From NCBI GenBank assembly GCA_943788935.1, contig CALSSE010000016.1:1759-65758 (forward strand): DNA of 64,000 bases. Reading direction: 5' to 3'. The notes below the pieces were generated by a model. That model was given only the letters and a program-made list of their open reading frames with translations. It was not told the DNA's origin and searched no databases. Below are positions 10,105 to 19,136 of this stretch, one piece after another. This stretch comes from an uncultured bacterium. GTDB taxonomy: Bacteria; Myxococcota_A; Bradymonadia; UBA7976; VGTA01. Made by a program: the position numbers and the translations under genes. Numbering within the stretch: the stretch's first letter is position 1; every line of letters starts with the position of its first letter.

Positions 10105-10165
10105 CTTTGATTACATGATAGTTTACGCACATTAGCTTACGTTGTATTACGTTTGCTTACATAAT
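10105..10165. promoter_or_regulatory. Cluster of five TTAC(G/A)T direct repeats (spacings 13,13,10,10 bp) in the divergent intergenic region between the giant gene and the USP-like gene; possible operator/iteron array
   Basis: ttacatgatagtttacgcacattagcttacgttgtattacgtttgcttacataat. A nearby inverted repeat ACGTGtcgaagCACGT sits at ~10030-10046. A GGAAGGAG RBS precedes the ATG at 10183. Confidence 0.2.
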
Positions 10166-10182
10166 ATTTTGGAAGGAGCATT

Positions 10183-11034
10183 ATGAGTACCATCGATCAA
10201 TTTGAGAGCGTTTTCCGTTCAGCGATCAAGCCATCCTACGACCCTCAACCTCTCTCTATCTCAAAAATTTTGTGGGTGAGCGATTTGGATGAACAAGACG
10301 CTGAACCCTACGCTCGGGCCTGCCAAGAGTATTTAACGGACGCTGGCTCAGATCTTATCGGCGAGGTATCTATCCTACCGAAAGAGCTGAGTCATGACTT
10401 AAATACTCTGATCGAAGAGATCTCTAAGCGTTCGCCAGACCTTATAGTCACCCATAGAAATTTACACTCAGATGCCTCTTTTGGGTACACTCTTGGTGAT
10501 CACATAGAGGTTCTTACTCAAGTCACTCATGTGCCTATCCTGTTGTGTCCTCATCACAGCCATTGGCGAGCAGAGCTGCTAGGGGCACCGAAAAAGGTGA
10601 TGGTATTAACAGACCAGTTGAGCGCTAACCCTGTCCTTATAGATGCTGCGCTCTCGCTAGTGAGAGATCAAGGACAGATCACTCTCGCCCATATTGAAGA
10701 TGAGTCTCAATTTAATCGATTCATCGACAGCATTTCAAAGATCCCTGAGCTCGATACAGAGATCGCTCGCAGCTCAATTCAAGCTCAGCTATTTAAGGAG
10801 ACAGAAGATTTTGTTGAGGCGATCAAGACCGCGCTCCTAGAGAAACAGAGAGAGGTTACAGTTCACTCCGAGATCCAAATGGGTCACACATTACGCACTT
10901 ATGTTTCCATGGTAGAGGTTCATCAAATCGACATGGTCGTGATGCAGAGTAAAGTAGAAGATCAGGTCGCTATTCATGGTCTCTCATATCCGCTCGCTGT
11001 TGAGTTAAATCAACTCCCCATGCTGATATTATAA
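10183..11034 (+). CDS. Hypothetical protein, possibly tandem universal-stress-protein-like (USP-like) fold
   Basis: 283-aa ORF with a strong RBS (GGAAGGAG). Weak resemblance to the USP C-terminal pattern (…VHQIDMVVMQSK…LSYPLAVELNQLPMLIL). Confidence 0.4.
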   Translation: MSTIDQFESVFRSAIKPSYDPQPLSISKILWVSDLDEQDAEPYARACQEYLTDAGSDLIGEVSILPKELSHDLNTLIEEISKRSPDLIVTHRNLHSDASFGYTLGDHIEVLTQVTHVPILLCPHHSHWRAELLGAPKKVMVLTDQLSANPVLIDAALSLVRDQGQITLAHIEDESQFNRFIDSISKIPELDTEIARSSIQAQLFKETEDFVEAIKTALLEKQREVTVHSEIQMGHTLRTYVSMVEVHQIDMVVMQSKVEDQVAIHGLSYPLAVELNQLPMLIL

Positions 11035-11073
11035 TTTTTGGTCTTCCCCCCCTATTAGGATTACAGAGGAGAC

Positions 11074-12588
11074 ATGAGTGATCATCGCGCTCAGTCATTC
11101 CAAAGAACACTAGGATATTACTTTATGATCAATCTCATCTCTATTCTAAATCCAAGCGCAGCGCAGGCTGTCCATAAGGTAGTAGAGCATCACGTTGCCC
11201 ACCACCCTCCCGAGGCTTGGGTGACATACCTCTTTACAGCCCTCTTAGTAGGGCTCATTTTCTGTCTCGCCTTCGAAGAGAAAATCCACGCCCAAAAGTC
11301 GGTGATCGCTAGCTCCTTTGCCTTAATGGGGCTCGCTTTAGGAACCTTCTTTGACATACTCCCTTTTGGTCCGGAAGCGGCATCAAAGGGAGCAGCGCCG
11401 ATGATCAATCACTTTGGAGAGACCCTCTTCCATCCGGTCTTTATTCAGGGGGTCGACTGGGGAGTGATCGCGATTATCTTTGGAGCGAGTCTATTTGTCG
11501 ATATCACCTCCAAGTCAGGACTCTTTACTTGGATCGCTTTGAAGCTCACTAAGTCTTCGGGCGGTAATCCTCTTAAACTACTGTGGGCTTATGGGGTGAT
11601 GACCGTCGTCTTTAGCGCAGTATTAAACAATGTGACAGCGATGATTATCGTTGGCTCATTGTCTGTGGTCTCTCTAGAGAAGCTCAGCCGACGAGACCTA
11701 TTACTTGGGTTTTTACTCATCGAAGGTCTCTTAACCAATGTGGGTGGATTGCTTACCCTCATCAGCTCTGTCCCGAACATTATCGTCGGGACTGCTGCCG
11801 GGATCTCTTTTGGTCGATTCTTTGTGATCGCCGCTCCTTTTGTCCTTGTCACGACAGCGGTGACTCTGTGGCTAGGAGCAAAGATGTTCAAGATCACTGG
11901 ATTTGAATCAGAGCACCAAGAAGTAGAGGGTCGGAGACTCGTGGCCCAATTTGATGAGTCAGAGGGTATCGAGAGCCGTGGGTTCTTCATTTTTTCTTCG
12001 GTAATGACGATCTGTTTCGTGTTTACCATCGCACTCGCTTCTATGATTCCCGGTCTCAATAAATTAGGGATGGCCTATGTGGCGCTACTGTTTGCGGGGA
12101 TTATGATGCTCAAGTTTAAGTCGAGCGCGAGTGAGTTTTATAAGTCAATCGACTGGGACTTACTCGGTTTCTTTGTAGCGCTCTTCGCCTTTATTAACGT
12201 TTTGGAGCATGCTCACGTACTCGCTTTAATCGGTCAAGGTTTAAGTCACATCATAAACTTAGGGGAGACCCTTGGTGGGGCATCACTGCTGGTCAGCGCT
12301 TCGGTGTTTAGCTCGGTGACCGACAACATTCCATTGGCAGCGATGCTAGCGAAGATCCTCAACGCCCAACAGACTGCCGGAGATAGCTCTTTGTGGTGGT
12401 CGGTGATCTTTGGCGCTAACCTTGGGGGGAATATTACTCCTATTGGTTCAGCATCTACTTTGGTAGCGGTCACTATGATGCATAAACATAAGCTCCCCAT
12501 GAGCTTCTCTGGTTTTGTGATAAGAGCTGTTCCCTTTGCGATCGTTCAAATTATTTTAGCGATTATTTATGTATCGCTCTTTGTTTGA
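11074..12588 (+). CDS. ArsB/NhaD/CitMHS-superfamily anion/cation permease
   Basis: 504-aa polytopic membrane protein. Contains the ANLGGNITPIGSASTLVAV motif typical of the ArsB/NhaD permease superfamily. The internal duplication fits the two-repeat topology. Confidence 0.65.
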   Translation: MSDHRAQSFQRTLGYYFMINLISILNPSAAQAVHKVVEHHVAHHPPEAWVTYLFTALLVGLIFCLAFEEKIHAQKSVIASSFALMGLALGTFFDILPFGPEAASKGAAPMINHFGETLFHPVFIQGVDWGVIAIIFGASLFVDITSKSGLFTWIALKLTKSSGGNPLKLLWAYGVMTVVFSAVLNNVTAMIIVGSLSVVSLEKLSRRDLLLGFLLIEGLLTNVGGLLTLISSVPNIIVGTAAGISFGRFFVIAAPFVLVTTAVTLWLGAKMFKITGFESEHQEVEGRRLVAQFDESEGIESRGFFIFSSVMTICFVFTIALASMIPGLNKLGMAYVALLFAGIMMLKFKSSASEFYKSIDWDLLGFFVALFAFINVLEHAHVLALIGQGLSHIINLGETLGGASLLVSASVFSSVTDNIPLAAMLAKILNAQQTAGDSSLWWSVIFGANLGGNITPIGSASTLVAVTMMHKHKLPMSFSGFVIRAVPFAIVQIILAIIYVSLFV

Positions 12589-12640
12589 ATCGCGCTCTGT
12601 TTGAATCGCGCTCTGTTTGAATCGCGCTCTGTTTGAGTGT
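12579..12640. repeat. Intergenic 17-nt direct repeat x3 (gaatcgcgctctgtttg) between convergent genes; the first copy overlaps the permease stop codon
   Basis: tttgaatcgcgctctgtttgaatcgcgctctgtttgaatcgcgctctgtttgagtg read directly. Confidence 0.8.
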
Positions 12641-12643
12641 AAC

Positions 12644-13573
12644 TCATTCATTGATGACTAATTCAGTCCCTACCCCTTGATCAGTAAAGAGCTCTAGTAA
12701 TAGCGCGTGTTTTACACAGCCGTTGAGGATGTGTACTTTCTCTACACCGGAGCGTAAGGCCTCAAAAGCACATTGAAGTTTCGGGATCATGCCCCCATTG
12801 ATAACGCCTCTCTCTATCCATCGCTCTGCTTCTTGAACAGTTAAAGAAGACGCGACCTCCCCGTCAGGCCCTTTAATCCCCTCTACATCAGTCATGAGGA
12901 CTAGTTTTCTCGCTAAAATATGCTCGGCGATAGAGCTCGCCGCGTAATCAGCGTTGATGTTTAGCGTCTCGCGTTGCTGTATATCAACACCAATCGGGGC
13001 GATCACCGGAATGAACCCGGCCTCTCCGAGTAGTTTGAGTTCACTATCGTCTACTCTAGTGACTTGACCTACCCTACCGATGTCTGCTCCTCGGGGTTGA
13101 TAGCGAGTCGCTTGCAAAAGTTGACCATCAACACCTGAGAGGCCTACAGATCTCCCCCCGGCGTCATTGATCATCTGTACAAGCATTGGATTAACTTGAC
13201 CCATTAATGCCATCTGAACGGCGCGCATAGTCTCGTCATCGGTGACTCTCATTCCCTCAATAAACGAGCTCTTGATCGACATTTGCTCTAAAAGGGCGCT
13301 GATTTGAGGTCCCCCACCATGGACGACCGTTATATTGATCCCAATCGATCTTAGCAGGGTCACATCTCTAGCGAAACTAGCCTGGATCTGAGGGCTCTTC
13401 ATAGCGTGCCCACCGAACTTAACCACGATCCGCTCACCAGCGAAACGTTGGATATAGGGGAGCGCTTCGACCAGCAGTGAGGCTTTCTCTTGAACCCTGA
13501 GTAGTTGGTGTGAGGCAGGCCTTGAGAACCCCTCTTGCAGTGCCATATTCGAGTCATCTGAGATGTCAGTCAT
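12644..13573 (-). CDS. argB: Acetylglutamate kinase
   Basis: IVVKFGGHAM...NITVVHGGGPQI...GGMIPKL are the classic amino-acid-kinase/ArgB motifs. 309 aa. Confidence 0.9.
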   Translation of the reverse strand: MTDISDDSNMALQEGFSRPASHQLLRVQEKASLLVEALPYIQRFAGERIVVKFGGHAMKSPQIQASFARDVTLLRSIGINITVVHGGGPQISALLEQMSIKSSFIEGMRVTDDETMRAVQMALMGQVNPMLVQMINDAGGRSVGLSGVDGQLLQATRYQPRGADIGRVGQVTRVDDSELKLLGEAGFIPVIAPIGVDIQQRETLNINADYAASSIAEHILARKLVLMTDVEGIKGPDGEVASSLTVQEAERWIERGVINGGMIPKLQCAFEALRSGVEKVHILNGCVKHALLLELFTDQGVGTELVINE

Positions 13574-13604
13574 GTGTATCGCTTTCTGTCTGATCGGTCT
13601 CTCT

Positions 13605-13652
13605 CTAGTTAGTCTCTGTGTTAGTCAGTCTCTGTCTAGTCAGTCTCTGTCT
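13605..13652. repeat. Intergenic tandem repeat (~16 nt, tagtcagtctctgtc x3) immediately upstream of argB
   Basis: tagttagtctctgtgttagtcagtctctgtctagtcagtctctgtctta. Confidence 0.75.
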
Positions 13653-13759
13653 TATCGACAGGACTTGGATATCAATCTTGACAGATGACTTGTCAATCAT
13701 TTCACTAGATCGAGAGAGGCTTATTTAGCGCTCAAAAGTCATAATAAAGATAAAACTCA

Positions 13760-14827
13760 TTGAGGGAAATAGTAGAGAGCCTTGGAGGGACAGTAATGAT
13801 GACTAAAGTAAATAGAGTCTCGTCGCTGAGAATTTTTTTAAGAGAGAGACATTTGATGCAGTGGCGATCTATCTGTCTCTTACTGACCTGTGCCTTAGGC
13901 GCTTTCTCTTGTGCTGAGCCCCCTCCTAAACCCCCTGAGGACCTTGAAGCCTTACTTGGGTTTCTTTTTGAACACACAGCCGATGAAGATCCAAGCGCCT
14001 TAGCGCTAGGGATTGAAGAGCTCCACGCTTGGTTTCAAGATGAAGCTCAGCTTGAGGCTGCACGAGAGGGGTTCTTGATCAACACTCTTGATCTAAGTCG
14101 AGTCACGCCTTCAGACTTTCCTTTACCAGAGATGTCTAATAGTAACTTACAAGGGGTGAGCGTCGTCACCAAGAGCCCTTATTGCGTGAAGAGCATCGTA
14201 GGCTTACTCACTTGGGAGAAGTTTGGCGAGCTTCTAGATAGCTTTGAAACTTATAAAAGAGTGTTTGATCTCGACAGCACCTGCATGGTGACTCGTGATT
14301 GTCTTATGGTTACTGCGGAGAGTGAGACTCGCTCATCATGGGCTGGGCTGATCGGGATCACAACCAGTTACCACATTGACTTCCGCTGGGTATACACTGA
14401 GGTTGGGTGGGCTCTCGTCCATCGATTTTGGCTCAAACAACCTGCGCTCGGTGACTCTTTTGGGGTGAAGATGAACGCTAACTATTATGTTGGGGTGACT
14501 CTGCCTGACAGCGAGAGAGAGGTGAATGAACCGTCTCCTGCGCTTATCTCTGCAGCAAATGGGGCTTTTGGTCTCAGCGGAGATGAAATCGAGAGGCTAC
14601 AGCAGACGCTCAGTCAACCCGGCTCTCTCCGCATTCATGCTAATTGGTTTGATGTGGACACCGGAGATATTCCCTTGGAGGATTCGATGATCGCCAACCT
14701 CTTGGTTCAACAACAAAAAAATGATTCAGAGAGCCATGATTCAATGATAACAAGTCACTCCTCACCAGGACGCTGCGCTACGACGGAGAGCTCATCTAGC
14801 TCTTCTATGGAGGTGCTCAGTCAATGA
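13760..14827 (+). CDS. Hypothetical secreted protein/lipoprotein (start uncertain; internal Met at MQWRSICLLLTCALGAFSCAEPP gives a lipoprotein-like signal)
   Basis: ORF with a hydrophobic N-terminal segment followed by Cys. I recognise no family. Confidence 0.5.
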   Translation: MREIVESLGGTVMMTKVNRVSSLRIFLRERHLMQWRSICLLLTCALGAFSCAEPPPKPPEDLEALLGFLFEHTADEDPSALALGIEELHAWFQDEAQLEAAREGFLINTLDLSRVTPSDFPLPEMSNSNLQGVSVVTKSPYCVKSIVGLLTWEKFGELLDSFETYKRVFDLDSTCMVTRDCLMVTAESETRSSWAGLIGITTSYHIDFRWVYTEVGWALVHRFWLKQPALGDSFGVKMNANYYVGVTLPDSEREVNEPSPALISAANGAFGLSGDEIERLQQTLSQPGSLRIHANWFDVDTGDIPLEDSMIANLLVQQQKNDSESHDSMITSHSSPGRCATTESSSSSSMEVLSQ

Positions 14828-15468
14828 GCAGCCACGGGAAGCGATTACATAAAACCAGTGGAGCCTCTTCAGTGGTGGTTTATGCGCTCTGCGGACTCAT
14901 ACTGTTGGCTACTGTTTTTTGGTGGAGTTGGCCTGATGAAGTGAAGCCTGTTGTGAGCGCTCCCCCTCCTAGAGAGTTCGCGGAGTCTAAGACGTCAGAG
15001 GAGCCAATAGAGAGTGTAAGAGAGAGTATTAGGGATATGAATATGCCTTCGACCCTACGTCCCACCAAAGAGTCGGTCGCTCGTGTCGGATTGGGGGCCA
15101 GTCTCGCTCAAGCTCCCTTGCCTAAGCCTGCTTCTCGTCAAGATCTCCCCAAAGATTTGAGTCTCGGAGAGCACACCATCTCTCTAAAGGGGGGTGAGTG
15201 GCGCTTACGTCTTACCCTCACCCTCAGCTCTGAAGGTGAGGAGTTTATTAGATATGCAGCGCCGTTGAGGCGACGTCTAATTCAGATGATCTATTTTTTG
15301 GTGAGTCACCGAGTACCTGAAGGAATGAGGACGGCGAGCGGAGAGGAGCGTCTCCGCTCGGACCTCAAGGAGCGCTTTCAGAACGTCCTCCGCGGTCAAG
15401 AATTTGAACTCTACATCGATGGCTACTCCTTGGAACGTGTGGAAGACCTAGAGGAGTTTGAAGAGTGA
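14824..15468 (+). CDS. Membrane protein with FliL-like C-terminal domain (possible orphan FliL homologue)
   Basis: N-terminal TM helix (VVVYALCGLILLATVFWW). The C-terminal block HTISLKGGEWRLRLTLTLSSEGEEFIRYAAPLRRRLIQMIYFLVSHR...GEERLRSDLKERFQNVL follows the FliL pattern (FTVNL..RYLKV.I.LE...L...P.IRD.L..LS...). Start overlaps the upstream ORF (ATGA). Confidence 0.35.
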   Translation: MSSHGKRLHKTSGASSVVVYALCGLILLATVFWWSWPDEVKPVVSAPPPREFAESKTSEEPIESVRESIRDMNMPSTLRPTKESVARVGLGASLAQAPLPKPASRQDLPKDLSLGEHTISLKGGEWRLRLTLTLSSEGEEFIRYAAPLRRRLIQMIYFLVSHRVPEGMRTASGEERLRSDLKERFQNVLRGQEFELYIDGYSLERVEDLEEFEE

Positions 15469-15490
15469 CAAGACGGGGACCTGAGCGATC

Positions 15491-15895
15491 ATGAGCGACT
15501 TACCCAAGAACCCCTACAATCCACAGGCATGGATTGTCGGTGAGCCGAAGATCGGCGATGATGTGTGGATCGGGGCTTTCACTCTCATCGATGGGAGCGG
15601 TGGACTAGAGATCGGGCGAGGGGTGAACGTTTCTTGTGGTGTCCAGATCTTGACACATTCAAGCGCTCGACGTACGGTGAGCGCTCGCCAATATCCCGAT
15701 GTTGATCGGGCGCCTACTGTGATCGGTGATCATGTGTTTATTGGCGCTAATGCGGTCATTCTTATGGGCAGTACGATCGGCGCTCATTCGATCGTAGGGG
15801 CAGGCGCAGTAGTCACTGAGGGGAGTACTTTTCCACCTCACAGTCTCATCGTTGGCGTCCCCGCTAAAAGAAAAGGGGACGTTCGGTGGACTTGA
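15491..15895 (+). CDS. Left-handed beta-helix (hexapeptide-repeat) acyl/acetyltransferase family protein
   Basis: Hexapeptide-like repeats IGDDVWIGAFTLI / IGDHVFIGANAVI / IGAHSIVGAGAVV. Confidence 0.7.
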   Translation: MSDLPKNPYNPQAWIVGEPKIGDDVWIGAFTLIDGSGGLEIGRGVNVSCGVQILTHSSARRTVSARQYPDVDRAPTVIGDHVFIGANAVILMGSTIGAHSIVGAGAVVTEGSTFPPHSLIVGVPAKRKGDVRWT

Positions 15896-15941
15896 CTCGA
15901 ACCCAATGGGGTTTAATGTATAGATAAACTTACTTGTTAGT

Positions 15942-16844
15942 TTGAAAACTCTTTTTTACGGAGCAATTATGATTAAGAGAATATCCCTGTTTGTGTTGAC
16001 GAATATCCTCGTACTCACACTCATCAGCTTCATTATGAACCTCACAGGGTTAGATCCTAATATCCATAATGGATATGGTGGACTAGCGGTCTTCTGCCTA
16101 GCATGGGGTGGCCTTGGCTCGTTTATCTCCTTGCTCTTATCAAAGTGGGTCGCGAAGAGAGGAATGAGTCTCGAGCTGATCGACCCCCATGGGCCTCATG
16201 GATATGTGGTCAAGGCTGTCAAAGAGTTCGCTCATAAAGAGGGCATCACCGCGCCAGAGGTTTACTACTACAACAGCGAAGAGCTCAATGCTTTCGCTAC
16301 GGGACCCTCAAGAAATAACTCCCTCGTCGCCTTCTCGAGCGGTCTGCTCAGAGATATGAATGAGGATGAGGTGGTCGGGGTCGCAGCGCATGAGGTCGCT
16401 CATATCACTAATGGTGACATGGTGACTATGGCCCTAGTGCAAGGCGTGGTTAACGCCTTTGTGATGTTTATCGCTCGAGTCGTCGCTTTTGCCATCGACA
16501 ACGCCCTGAGGGGCGATGATGATGACGGCGAGGGTTTAGGTTATTTCGCTTATATGTTCTTAGTTATCGGACTGCAGGCCTTATTCGGGCTCCTCACCGC
16601 TCCGGTAGTGGCTGGCTTCTCTCGGTATCGCGAGTTTAGAGCTGACGCTGGTGGTGCAGCGCTCGCCGGTCGTGACAAGATGGTCGCCGCGCTCAAAGCG
16701 CTCGATGAGCAATTTAGCGTTGACCGGCTTGACAATAGTCAACCTGCGCTCAAAGCGATGAAGATCTCTGGCGGCGGAATGATGGCTCTTCTCTCTACTC
16801 ACCCTCCAATCAAGAAGCGTATCGAAGCCTTAGAGAAGAAATAG
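15942..16844 (+). CDS. htpX: M48-family zinc metalloprotease HtpX
   Basis: Two N-terminal TM segments, an HEVAHITNGD (HExxH) motif and a C-terminal STHPPIKKRIEAL. ~290 aa is typical HtpX size. Confidence 0.85.
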   Translation: MKTLFYGAIMIKRISLFVLTNILVLTLISFIMNLTGLDPNIHNGYGGLAVFCLAWGGLGSFISLLLSKWVAKRGMSLELIDPHGPHGYVVKAVKEFAHKEGITAPEVYYYNSEELNAFATGPSRNNSLVAFSSGLLRDMNEDEVVGVAAHEVAHITNGDMVTMALVQGVVNAFVMFIARVVAFAIDNALRGDDDDGEGLGYFAYMFLVIGLQALFGLLTAPVVAGFSRYREFRADAGGAALAGRDKMVAALKALDEQFSVDRLDNSQPALKAMKISGGGMMALLSTHPPIKKRIEALEKK

Positions 16845-16848
16845 AACT

Positions 16849-17988
16849 CTAGCGAGTGGGCTCTCGTCTCCCCCAATCATCAGGGACGATCATGAGCCAA
16901 CCCCTAAAGGAGAGGTCAGCGCTGGCGACGTACCAAAGCGTAGACCCCCTCTCCCCACGACTATTCATGGCCCCCTCTTTCAGTAGAGCTTGAGTATGTG
17001 TCGGTGTAGCCCTCAACTCAGCTAGCGTCGGGGGAGCTAACCATTGGGGCTTGGGTCGGAGAGATGCTCTCACCTCGCTCACAGAGGCCGAGGTCAGCTT
17101 TTGATAGAGATTAAAGAGCTGGTCAAGCTCACCTTGACGACACCATAAGGCAGGTAAGCCTCGCCCACTATTATTCTTTAGTGGCTCCAGAGAGTCCGGA
17201 GAGCTGAGCGCAGAGAGGTGAAAAAATAATCGTCCTTTAAGCCACAATGATCGAAGGTTGATGTGATAGCCCCTTGACCGAAGCGCAGAGATCGCTTCCG
17301 GCGTCTTACTCAGCGAGAGTTGGTGGGTATAGAGTCGATGTAGCTTTCCACCAAAGCTGTCTCGCTCATTAGGACCGATCCAAGTAAACAGCGGCTGAGG
17401 CATCCCATCGAGCGGTTCATGGCTCTCATCAGAGGGCACTTGTAAATAAAACTTTGAAGCCAGCTCTAGGTGCAATGATGAAGAGCTCTCGCTTTGAGTC
17501 AGGTGAGGCCTACAGAGCGTGTTGAGCTGGGCCTTAGAGAGACGAGCGATCATATCGAGGGCGCCAAGGGTACGTCGACCTTTTGAATCATTCTTAGCGG
17601 GGTCACTATATACCTGCAGCTCCCTTAAGAGCTCATCGACCTGTATAATATGATTGAGCCAATAGTAAACTAAGTGCTCATAATAAACCCCTAGTCTAAC
17701 CCTAGTGAAGACTTGGGCAGAGCGCTCTAAACTGTTGAGGAGAGGGACAGGGTTAAGCTCTAGAGACCGTAAATGTGGAATAGCTTCCTTGAGGGCTTCC
17801 CTAGGAGACAACTCAACGATGCAAAGCGCTGACTCAAAATCCTTCGCCCATGAGGCTGGTAAGCTCTCTAGAGGCAGTTGATCTAATAACTTGGGAGAGC
17901 CGATCACCCAAGCGAGGTCTCTTACTTGAGGGTGAGTAAGCTCTTGGAGAACTCCCTGTAGATCCTCAGTGGATGCTAAGTTTATCAT
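16849..17988 (-). CDS. Hypothetical protein (family not confidently recognised; possibly DUF1853-like)
   Basis: 379-aa ORF, no TM segment or signal peptide. First of three consecutive minus-strand genes, followed by the phosphoesterase and the NUDIX gene. Confidence 0.45.
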   Translation of the reverse strand: MINLASTEDLQGVLQELTHPQVRDLAWVIGSPKLLDQLPLESLPASWAKDFESALCIVELSPREALKEAIPHLRSLELNPVPLLNSLERSAQVFTRVRLGVYYEHLVYYWLNHIIQVDELLRELQVYSDPAKNDSKGRRTLGALDMIARLSKAQLNTLCRPHLTQSESSSSLHLELASKFYLQVPSDESHEPLDGMPQPLFTWIGPNERDSFGGKLHRLYTHQLSLSKTPEAISALRSRGYHINLRSLWLKGRLFFHLSALSSPDSLEPLKNNSGRGLPALWCRQGELDQLFNLYQKLTSASVSEVRASLRPKPQWLAPPTLAELRATPTHTQALLKEGAMNSRGERGSTLWYVASADLSFRGWLMIVPDDWGRREPTR

Positions 17989-18003
17989 CTTAAGACTCTC
18001 AAT

Positions 18004-19059
18004 TTAGAACTTTGAGATATCTTCTGAGACATCTTCTGAGACATCTTCTGAGACATCTTCTGAGACATCTTCTGAGACATCTTCTGAGACATCTTCTGAG
18101 ACAGAGACAAACTTATCCATACTCAGCGTCTGCTCTCCATCCCACCGGTAAGCGGCAAGCTCTCCACCTTTAGCGATACTCCAGTCTGTACATGCTACCT
18201 TATGGGTAGGGAGACATGAGCTTCTACTCCGCCAATAATGACCAAAGAAAACCGGAGGAGAGTCTTTGTAGAGGATCGTTTGACCTTCTGTAATCGTGTC
18301 CTCAAGGTCAAGTCCATAAATATCACGGCTCCCAAAGATGCCTACCTCAGCCCATGTTTCGCCTTCTGTCCACCAAGCGACTCGACATTGGGTCCGCTTG
18401 ATCCCTGATTTATCTTTAAAGTGTGTCCCCTCTGGCATCTTGAGCTCTGGACCTTTTAATAATAACTCAACGGTCTTAAAGGCCTCGTGCTCGGGCGTAA
18501 ACAATTCATGACTGAATTCATTTCCCAGGATCATCCCTTGGGGGGAGGGATAGAGATACTGTGAGACTCTCTCTATGGACTCTTGATCCCAACAAGCATG
18601 GATGACTCGCGCGGTCCCACCGCCCTCTAGCTGAAGTTCAAGCCAAAGAGGGAGCGTTTTGAACCAAGCGATCATCTCCTCATGTGCTGAACTACCGAGG
18701 GGTAGCTCCTCAAGGAATGAGGCGTGTTGGTGTTGATTTTTGCGGGAATGAGGACGTAGATAGGCACCTGATTCTGTCTGTGTTGAGTAGGCGACCGCGT
18801 TGAGCTCATGATTTCCCATACAGATATCTGCGCAATCTGCCTCGACCATCTCTCTCACGATTTGACAGGTCTCTCGTTGCTTTGGACCTCGGTCTATAAG
18901 ATCGCCAACGAAGATCGCTCGGCGTGTGGGGTGAGACCAATGGCCATGGTCTCGGTGATAACCTAACCTCTTCAAGAGGAGGATGAGGGCGTCAGCATGT
19001 CCATGGATATCTCCGATGATATCAAAGCCTTTGGCGATGGAGATGTTATTGTGCGACAT
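18004..19059 (-). CDS. Calcineurin-like metallophosphoesterase (ApaH/PrpE-like Ser/Thr or diadenosine-polyphosphate phosphatase) with C-terminal (SEDV)x7 repeat tail
   Basis: GDIHGH...VGDLIDRGP...GNHE metallophosphoesterase motifs. C-terminus is VSEDVSEDVSEDVSEDVSEDVSEDVSEDISKF, encoded by a perfect 12-nt x7 repeat at ~18016-18102. Confidence 0.8.
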   Translation of the reverse strand: MSHNNISIAKGFDIIGDIHGHADALILLLKRLGYHRDHGHWSHPTRRAIFVGDLIDRGPKQRETCQIVREMVEADCADICMGNHELNAVAYSTQTESGAYLRPHSRKNQHQHASFLEELPLGSSAHEEMIAWFKTLPLWLELQLEGGGTARVIHACWDQESIERVSQYLYPSPQGMILGNEFSHELFTPEHEAFKTVELLLKGPELKMPEGTHFKDKSGIKRTQCRVAWWTEGETWAEVGIFGSRDIYGLDLEDTITEGQTILYKDSPPVFFGHYWRSRSSCLPTHKVACTDWSIAKGGELAAYRWDGEQTLSMDKFVSVSEDVSEDVSEDVSEDVSEDVSEDVSEDISKF

Positions 19060-19136
19060 GTTTTATGAACCTCTCTTGGAGAACACACCTAAGTGTATGA
19101 TTGCTTATATATGACATCGGACATTCTACTTTTGAT

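Noticed and set aside
12579-13660. Possible CRISPR array suggested by short direct repeats flanking argB
   Set aside because: Repeats are contiguous (no unique spacers), only 16-17 nt long, have no dyad symmetry, and no cas genes are nearby. These are simple tandem minisatellites.
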